NCBI GenBank assembly: GCA_031414955.1
Contig: JANOQV010000230.1
Coordinates: 1-64,000, forward strand
DNA: 64,000 nucleotides
Reading direction: 5' to 3'
Source: Pedosphaera sp.
Lineage (GTDB): Bacteria > Verrucomicrobiota > Verrucomicrobiia > Limisphaerales > SIBH01
Positions 58,238-64,000 of this stretch are shown here, piece after piece. The first letter of the stretch is position 1. Each line of letters opens with the position of its first letter. Position numbers and translations under genes: made by a program. The notes beneath the pieces are model-generated. The model made no database searches, was not told where the DNA came from, and saw only the letters and a list, made by a program, of their open reading frames with translations.

Positions 58238-59611
58238 CTACCCGCGAACCCACAGATGCCCCTCGCACAACGGCACGCGATGCTTACGATTCTTCCACTT
58301 GATGTTTCGGTCGCGAAGTTTCTCGAAGGTCCAAGATTCAAACCCGGCCGCCAGCGCCAGCTTGCCGAACCACTCGATGACCGGCACATAAACGCCGTAG
58401 GGCGCGGAATCGCCGATGACGAAGCACACCTCCGATGGCGAGGCACATACACGCCGAAGCGACTTCCACGTCTGCGCCATGTCGAGAAAGTAGCAGGCGA
58501 TCATGTTGTTGTAGGTCTTCTTGCCGCCGCGCCCCAACCGCACTTCCGAAAGTTCGCGGCAGACCGGCACAATCTCATCGCGGATCGGAGCGAGTTCTAG
58601 TGATTCCAGAATCTCATCAAGATTCACCGACTTGGGCGGGACATGCTGGGAGCAGGCGCGCACGAGATGTTTGCGGACCGCTTCCTGGAGGTCGCCCCAA
58701 CCGCGAATTTCGCCCATGAACGCCATCTCCAATCGCGTGGCATCGGCATAGTCGTAATTGTTTGCGTAGGGCGGCGACGTAATGACGAGCGTGGCCCATC
58801 CGTCCGGCACAGTTGCGCACTTGCGCGCATCATCCACCCGCAGCTTCGCCAGTGGTTTGGCCCGCCGCGCCATGAAACGTATGTCGGCGGCGAGCATCTG
58901 CACCGCCTTGTGCAACGTGACTTCGGGCGACGGTGGCACGGACTTGCGCCGACCCGGCAACACATATTGCCACGGTGCCGTGCCCGCTTCGGAAACCACT
59001 CTCAGCGACGACACGAGCGCCATCCAGAGCAGACCAGCTTCAGGCGATCCGTCCTGCTCCGACTCGACGGCCTGACGGAAACGGTCCAGATAATCCAACG
59101 TCTCCAAGCCGTAACACTTCGCGATGATTTCCGGGTAGTGCTTCGTTTCCGCCTTTGCCTTCCGCGCAAACGCGAAGGCGCTTTCTGCTTTGGAAATGAG
59201 CCGTTCCGGGTCGGTGGCGTAACTCAACTTGGCTTGCGCCACCCGATACACAAACGGATGCGCTTCGATGCCGTAGGACGGAACGCTCATCTCATCGCAC
59301 GCCAGGCAGGTCGTTCCCGAGCCAACAAACGGGTCGACCACCCGGAGTTCATGGCCATCGCGTTCGGCCAGCAGCCACTTCACCCACTCTGCCGAAAAGC
59401 CCGCGCTGTAACGAAACCACCGGTGAATCGGCAGCCGCATGTTGTTGAGAAAATTGGACGTGTGGCCGACGGCCTCCAGTGCCGGTCGAACTTCTTTGGC
59501 TTCCTTGTCGGATTCAAACATGTCGAGCACGGCTTGCTCGTAGTCCTCACGCAATCGCAGGAGGACGCCACTGTCCTCCTTTGGTAAGGGGTATTTTGTT
59601 GACGAGGACAT
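58238..59611 (-). CDS. Amino-DNA methyltransferase, probably N4-cytosine, with motif I before motif IV (alpha arrangement)
   Basis: HRWFRYSAGFS (motif X), VDPFVGSGTT (motif I), VITSPPY (motif IV, SPPY) and FVIGDS. Confidence 0.9.
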   Translation of the reverse strand: MSSSTKYPLPKEDSGVLLRLREDYEQAVLDMFESDKEAKEVRPALEAVGHTSNFLNNMRLPIHRWFRYSAGFSAEWVKWLLAERDGHELRVVDPFVGSGTTCLACDEMSVPSYGIEAHPFVYRVAQAKLSYATDPERLISKAESAFAFARKAKAETKHYPEIIAKCYGLETLDYLDRFRQAVESEQDGSPEAGLLWMALVSSLRVVSEAGTAPWQYVLPGRRKSVPPSPEVTLHKAVQMLAADIRFMARRAKPLAKLRVDDARKCATVPDGWATLVITSPPYANNYDYADATRLEMAFMGEIRGWGDLQEAVRKHLVRACSQHVPPKSVNLDEILESLELAPIRDEIVPVCRELSEVRLGRGGKKTYNNMIACYFLDMAQTWKSLRRVCASPSEVCFVIGDSAPYGVYVPVIEWFGKLALAAGFESWTFEKLRDRNIKWKNRKHRVPLCEGHLWVRG

Positions 59612-59922
59612 CAATGTGAACCTTGTGAGAATTGGCGCTCGCCAGCAAAGACCTTGCTGCGGCAATTGGGACAACCGAATTCTGAATCCACGCCTTCCTT
59701 GAAACGCAGGCCGGTATCCTTACCCAGCGAATCCTCGTAACAAGTGAGCAGGAAACCGTGAACATCAACATCTTCTTTCAGCCCGCACTTGGAACACTCA
59801 AGAAGTTCGCGATTGTCTGTGAAAACGCCGAGCCGCTCTGCTTCGGCTTTTATCCGCTGCAAATGACTGGCAAGCTCTGACAAACCCGCTGGAAGTCGGT
59901 TCTGAGTGCGATGCTTTTTCAT
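59611..59922 (-). CDS. Small hypothetical protein with two CxxC pairs (Zn-ribbon-like)
   Basis: ECSKCGL...FGCPNCRS; TGATG stop/start overlap with the MTase gene. Confidence 0.7.
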   Translation of the reverse strand: MKKHRTQNRLPAGLSELASHLQRIKAEAERLGVFTDNRELLECSKCGLKEDVDVHGFLLTCYEDSLGKDTGLRFKEGVDSEFGCPNCRSKVFAGERQFSQGSH

Positions 59923-59943
59923 TATTCTTTAGCAGCCCAGTAT

Positions 59944-62900
59944 TTACTCGTCTGTGGCGGCTTCGCGACCTCTAATTTCGCGCAATTGTTGACTGCGGAC
60001 AATCGTCTCCATCGCGGCGCTGATGTGGAAGTCGTGCTTCTTGAGTTGCTCGCGCATCTCGGTGATCAACGGAGCGTCAGAGAGCAGCACACCGCGGCCG
60101 AGGGAGTAGCCGAGCAGCTTGCGGCAGAATTGTTTCAGGAACGCATCGCGGCGCGTCGTGAGCAGGTAGCGGCGCAAGCCTTCGAGGCCGTCGATCTCCG
60201 AGCCGTCCATCACCTTCGCCTTTACGTCGATGTTGCGCCCGCCGAGGTCGTGTTCGCGGAAGCGGCCGATGGCGTCGTAGGCTTCGAGCGAGTAGCCATA
60301 GGCGTCGATGCGGCGATGGCAGCCGTAGCACTTCGGGTCGCTGCTGTGCTTCTCCGTGAGCTGCCGCATCGTGAGTGTCTCAGTCGCCTCGTCCTCGGGG
60401 AGTTGCGGCACACCTTTCGGCGGACGCGGCAGTTTCTCGCCGAGCAGGACTTCGCAGAGCCAGTTGCCGCGCAGGATGGGGCTGGTGCGCGACGCGCCGG
60501 ATTGCTTCGCCAGCGTCGTGGCCTGGGCGAGAATTCCGCCGCGCGAGAACTTCTTCACGCCTTCCACGCGTTGCCAGTCGTTGGTGCCGCTGAACTTTAC
60601 GTTCGTGATGCCGTAGTGCCTTGCGAGGTCGGCGTTCAGGAACGTGTAGTCGGCATCGAGGATGTTCAGCACCGAGCCGTCGTTCTGAAAGAGGTCGGTG
60701 GAGAAACGAATCGTCTCCTCATACATCGCGCCCCGCAGGCCGGTGAAGGTCGGGAAATGGCGGTCGCTCTTTTCGCCCAGTTCGTCGAAGTCGTAAATGT
60801 GCAGCCAGGCGCAGGCGAACTCGGTGGCGAGACGACGTGTGCGTTCGTCCTTGAGCATCCGGCGCGTCTGCGCGACGAGAACGTCCGGCTTGCGTAGCTT
60901 GCCGCTCGCGGCAACGGCGCGCAGTTCGGCATCGGGCGCGGAGGACCAAAGGAAGTAACTCAAGCGCGTGGCCAGCTCCCAATCGCTCACCGGCCCGGAC
61001 TTGTCGCCCGGCCCCGGCTTCTCTGCGCGATAAAGAAACGCAGGTGCCACAAGTGTGCGCGCGAGCGTGAGGCGGATGGCCTGATCGTGTGGAATCTCCT
61101 CCGCACGCAGCTTGCGATACAAGCCGCGCAGCTCCTCCTTTTCCGCGTCCGTCAGCGGACGGCGATACGCGCCATCGGCGAACTTCAGCATGGCGTCGAG
61201 ATGCTTCGGCTGCGTGTCCACGAGCAGCTTCTTGAATTCCTCCGCGCGCTGCTTGATGGGTTCACGCATCGGCGTGAAGGCGCTCGGGTCGGCGTCCTGC
61301 GTGGCGTATTGCCAGAGCTGCTCGAAGGCATCGACGAGCTTGAGCGCATCGTGACTGGTGTAGTGAAGTTCTGCCCAGAGTCGCTCCAACTGCGCCGTCT
61401 CCTTTTCGTCGAGCAGCAGGCGGCGCAGCGCGTCGTCCTCGCGATAGTAGAGCGTGAGCGTCACGACCTCATCGACCGGCACGATCTTCGTGTAGCAGAG
61501 CGCGGCGGGGAACAACTGGCGAAACGCGTCGAGCGCGCCCTCGATGCGTTTCCGTGTGGCGCTGCCGTCCATCACGATGATGGGTGAGTCGGAAACCACC
61601 GGACGCTCACCGTCAGACCAAGTGCTCTTGCCGCCTTGTTCCGACACCACACCTGCGGCGAGACCGGGACTGCTGGCCGGCTTTGTGGTGAGCACCTGCA
61701 TCTGCACGCTGCCCTCGGCGCCGGTCTCCTTGTGCAACATGCCCGTCGCCACAAACTCGCATCCTTCAACTAAGTCAGCGGGCAACCGCACCTCGATGAC
61801 CGACGGCGCGCGGACGCACAGACTCGAAGCGTTCACCTTCGCGCCATTCGGATGTTTGCCGAAGATCGCGGGGTCGAGGCCGTAGCTCGTGGCGGACGAG
61901 GTCACGAGGCTCTGATCTTTTCGCGTTTCAGTTAGAGCCTCCTCACGTCGGCTGCTACGAAGGATGGAGGACAACAACGGTCCGTTCAGTGACGTGAGCT
62001 GGCGGTAAAGCACGGCATCCGGCACGTCTTTCGCCAGGCCCGCCGCGCCACCAGCCAGCAACTTCTGGAGCTCACCCGCCAGCTTCTGCTTCTCCTCTGC
62101 GCTCGCGCTCGATTGCCATTTCGCCAGCAACGATCCCGCCGGCAACACCGACTCCGCGCCACCGCCCTTGTCTGGTTCGCTGTAAAAGTGCCACACGCCC
62201 GCGTTGCCAAGACTGTCCGCGTGCGGGTTCCCGGCGAGAATGCTCGGCGAAACATCCTTCGCCAGGTTCCATGTTCGCGTGCCGTCGCTGAGGTTGAAAT
62301 CCACCGCCGTCAGATCGCAGGAGTGATTGCCGTCGCGCGGACCGATGACCACGGACATCACGTCGCCGGACTGCACCGCGAGATTCTCGAACGGACCGAA
62401 CTTCACTTCCTTCGAGCCTTGCGACGTGCCGGTGGCGAGCCGCTGGCGCGAGCTGCCGCGCCGCAGTTCGAGCGTCCAGGTCACGCCATTACCACACTCG
62501 GGATGCGCGTGTTGCACCACACCCTCGACGCGTACAGCCGTCGCGACCGGACTGCGCCAGCCGATGATGACGCGCCGCTTTGGCGAGGGATGTACGACGA
62601 CGCTGTGCGGCTTCACGTTACCCGGCACCCGCACATGTTGGTCGGAGGAGTTGGCGGAGACGCTCAACGCATCGGCGCCGGTCCAGCCTTTGACGAAGTC
62701 GAAACTCTCCGCCTTCTCCGACTTCCCCGTCATGTGCGAATCGATGCGCACCTCGCCCGTGCCGATGCCGAGACAATCCAGCCACGCCGTGAGTATCGCC
62801 GGTTCGACGCCGTGCTTTTGCGCCAGTTGCGCCACCGCGTTCTTGTCCGGCGAACCAGTGACCTCCGCTGCCGCTGCGAGACACTTGGCCGCGCTGGAGA

Positions 62901-63999
62901 AAACTTTCTCGCGATGCGTCGTTAGCGACTCAAACGCCGCCCGCACATCGCGCAACGACAGGTCCGGCCGGCCCGGAGCCACGAGCCGGGGATTCTCCCA
63001 CACCGCGAAATCATTCGCATTCCCGTCGCCCGCATCAGACGCAGCCAGATACAAGGTGACTTCGTTCTTACCGGCGGCCGGGGCGGGAATTTTCATCCGC
63101 ACTTCTCGTGCGCTGGCGAGCGGGGTGACCGGCATCTGCCATGCCTTCGGACCATCGCGCTTGCCGATATGCCCGACCTGCGTGAAGCGCCACAAGGTCT
63201 GCTGCCATTGCGCGATGCTGAGCTTGAGCGCGTCAGCATCTCCGGGCTTGGCCAAGCGCCATTGGGCGCGGATTGGGTCGAGAACCAGAGAAGCATTCGT
63301 AGCGCTCAGTGCATTTATGAGTGTCAGGAGATACTTGCCAGAAATGCCATGAGTGGCGGCGTGGTTCGTCACCAAAGACGGATTTGCCCAGCCCCATGAA
63401 TACTTGGCACGCAACTCCAGCGTTGCCTCCAGATACGTCTTGAGCGGCAACACTCCGCCGTCCTTGGTGTCGAACTTGATGCCTTGCAGGTTCACGGCCG
63501 AGCCGCCGCCCGGCACGGAGTAACGCCCGTAGAACTCGCGGATGGCGGCGAGCTTCTCCTCCGCCCAATCCCGCTGCGATGTGCTGGGAGAGAACGCGAT
63601 TCCATCCGGCAGCAACACCGCGTGATCGGCGATGTCCTTCGCCGCATCGAGATACTTCGTCACGAGCGACGGCGACATCACGAGCGAGTTGCCCACATTC
63701 ATGAAGCCTTCGCCGGAAGCGGAATCGACCGGAAACTCCTTCGCTGGATCGAGCGACGGCACGCCCGTGAGGTCGCGAATCGTGTATTTGTATTCCGCGT
63801 TGTTCAGCCGCCGCAGCACGACCGGGCCGGGATCTCCAGCGCGAGCCTGGGCTGCCGCGTCGAGAGCGGCGTTCACCCACTGTTGGAGTCGCTCCTTTTC
63901 GGCGGCACTAGGCTGAGGTTTCTCCTTGGGCGGCATCTCATCGAGCGAGATTTGATCGAGCACGCCCGGCCAGACCTTCGGATGCTTCATCACCTCGTT
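59944..63999 (-). CDS. DUF1592/DUF1588/DUF1587/DUF1595/DUF1585 (PSD/PSCyt) domain protein, 5' truncated by the window edge
   Basis: EMPP (end of cytochrome domain), LRRLNNAEY.YTIRDL, AYRRPL, ELATRLSYFLWSSAPD, RTSPILRG.W, CYGCH, DAIGRFR and KLLGYSLGR. Confidence 0.92.
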   Translation of the reverse strand, partial: NEVMKHPKVWPGVLDQISLDEMPPKEKPQPSAAEKERLQQWVNAALDAAAQARAGDPGPVVLRRLNNAEYKYTIRDLTGVPSLDPAKEFPVDSASGEGFMNVGNSLVMSPSLVTKYLDAAKDIADHAVLLPDGIAFSPSTSQRDWAEEKLAAIREFYGRYSVPGGGSAVNLQGIKFDTKDGGVLPLKTYLEATLELRAKYSWGWANPSLVTNHAATHGISGKYLLTLINALSATNASLVLDPIRAQWRLAKPGDADALKLSIAQWQQTLWRFTQVGHIGKRDGPKAWQMPVTPLASAREVRMKIPAPAAGKNEVTLYLAASDAGDGNANDFAVWENPRLVAPGRPDLSLRDVRAAFESLTTHREKVFSSAAKCLAAAAEVTGSPDKNAVAQLAQKHGVEPAILTAWLDCLGIGTGEVRIDSHMTGKSEKAESFDFVKGWTGADALSVSANSSDQHVRVPGNVKPHSVVVHPSPKRRVIIGWRSPVATAVRVEGVVQHAHPECGNGVTWTLELRRGSSRQRLATGTSQGSKEVKFGPFENLAVQSGDVMSVVIGPRDGNHSCDLTAVDFNLSDGTRTWNLAKDVSPSILAGNPHADSLGNAGVWHFYSEPDKGGGAESVLPAGSLLAKWQSSASAEEKQKLAGELQKLLAGGAAGLAKDVPDAVLYRQLTSLNGPLLSSILRSSRREEALTETRKDQSLVTSSATSYGLDPAIFGKHPNGAKVNASSLCVRAPSVIEVRLPADLVEGCEFVATGMLHKETGAEGSVQMQVLTTKPASSPGLAAGVVSEQGGKSTWSDGERPVVSDSPIIVMDGSATRKRIEGALDAFRQLFPAALCYTKIVPVDEVVTLTLYYREDDALRRLLLDEKETAQLERLWAELHYTSHDALKLVDAFEQLWQYATQDADPSAFTPMREPIKQRAEEFKKLLVDTQPKHLDAMLKFADGAYRRPLTDAEKEELRGLYRKLRAEEIPHDQAIRLTLARTLVAPAFLYRAEKPGPGDKSGPVSDWELATRLSYFLWSSAPDAELRAVAASGKLRKPDVLVAQTRRMLKDERTRRLATEFACAWLHIYDFDELGEKSDRHFPTFTGLRGAMYEETIRFSTDLFQNDGSVLNILDADYTFLNADLARHYGITNVKFSGTNDWQRVEGVKKFSRGGILAQATTLAKQSGASRTSPILRGNWLCEVLLGEKLPRPPKGVPQLPEDEATETLTMRQLTEKHSSDPKCYGCHRRIDAYGYSLEAYDAIGRFREHDLGGRNIDVKAKVMDGSEIDGLEGLRRYLLTTRRDAFLKQFCRKLLGYSLGRGVLLSDAPLITEMREQLKKHDFHISAAMETIVRSQQLREIRGREAATDE
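61888..61959. repeat. REP-like palindrome inserted in frame in the DUF1592 CDS
   Basis: 26-nt arms CGTGGCGGACGAGGTCACGAGGCTCT / AGAGCCTCCTCACGTCGGCTGCTACG (20/26 complementary; one arm has the GTAG tag). 72 bp encode RSSRREEALTETRKDQSLVTSSAT. Confidence 0.75.
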
Positions 64000-64000
64000 C

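Overview
High-GC, mostly core chromosomal DNA. Gene content suggests Verrucomicrobiota (Pedosphaera/Limisphaera-like); this is an inference from lineage-typical families and repeats. The window holds about 40 CDS: housekeeping genes (nadA, aroK, queG, amt-glnK, Nif3-like, SNF2 helicase, M1 aminopeptidase), sugar-acid catabolism genes, two ECF sigma/anti-sigma pairs, an RND efflux operon, and three giant secreted multidomain proteins sharing a C-terminal RFY[RQ]V..P module. It also holds two tRNA-Lys genes (CTT and TTT). The most unusual feature is a 334-bp unit directly downstream of tRNA-Lys(TTT): a stand-alone GIY-YIG nuclease gene followed by a copy of the tRNA's 3' two-thirds in which only the anticodon arm has been replaced by a new hairpin, with no integrase nearby. 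Other notable items: a restriction-modification-like cassette with a Zn-ribbon gene inside the DUF1592-DUF1552 gene pair, a MITE-like element with a flanking direct repeat, a REP-like palindrome translated in frame inside a protein, twin ECF-type promoters, a candidate structured sRNA, and one in-frame TAA splitting a roughly 2050-codon CotH/lamin-tail gene. No CRISPR array, rRNA, prophage or transposase was seen. All calls come from reading the sequence by eye; no searches or computations were run.
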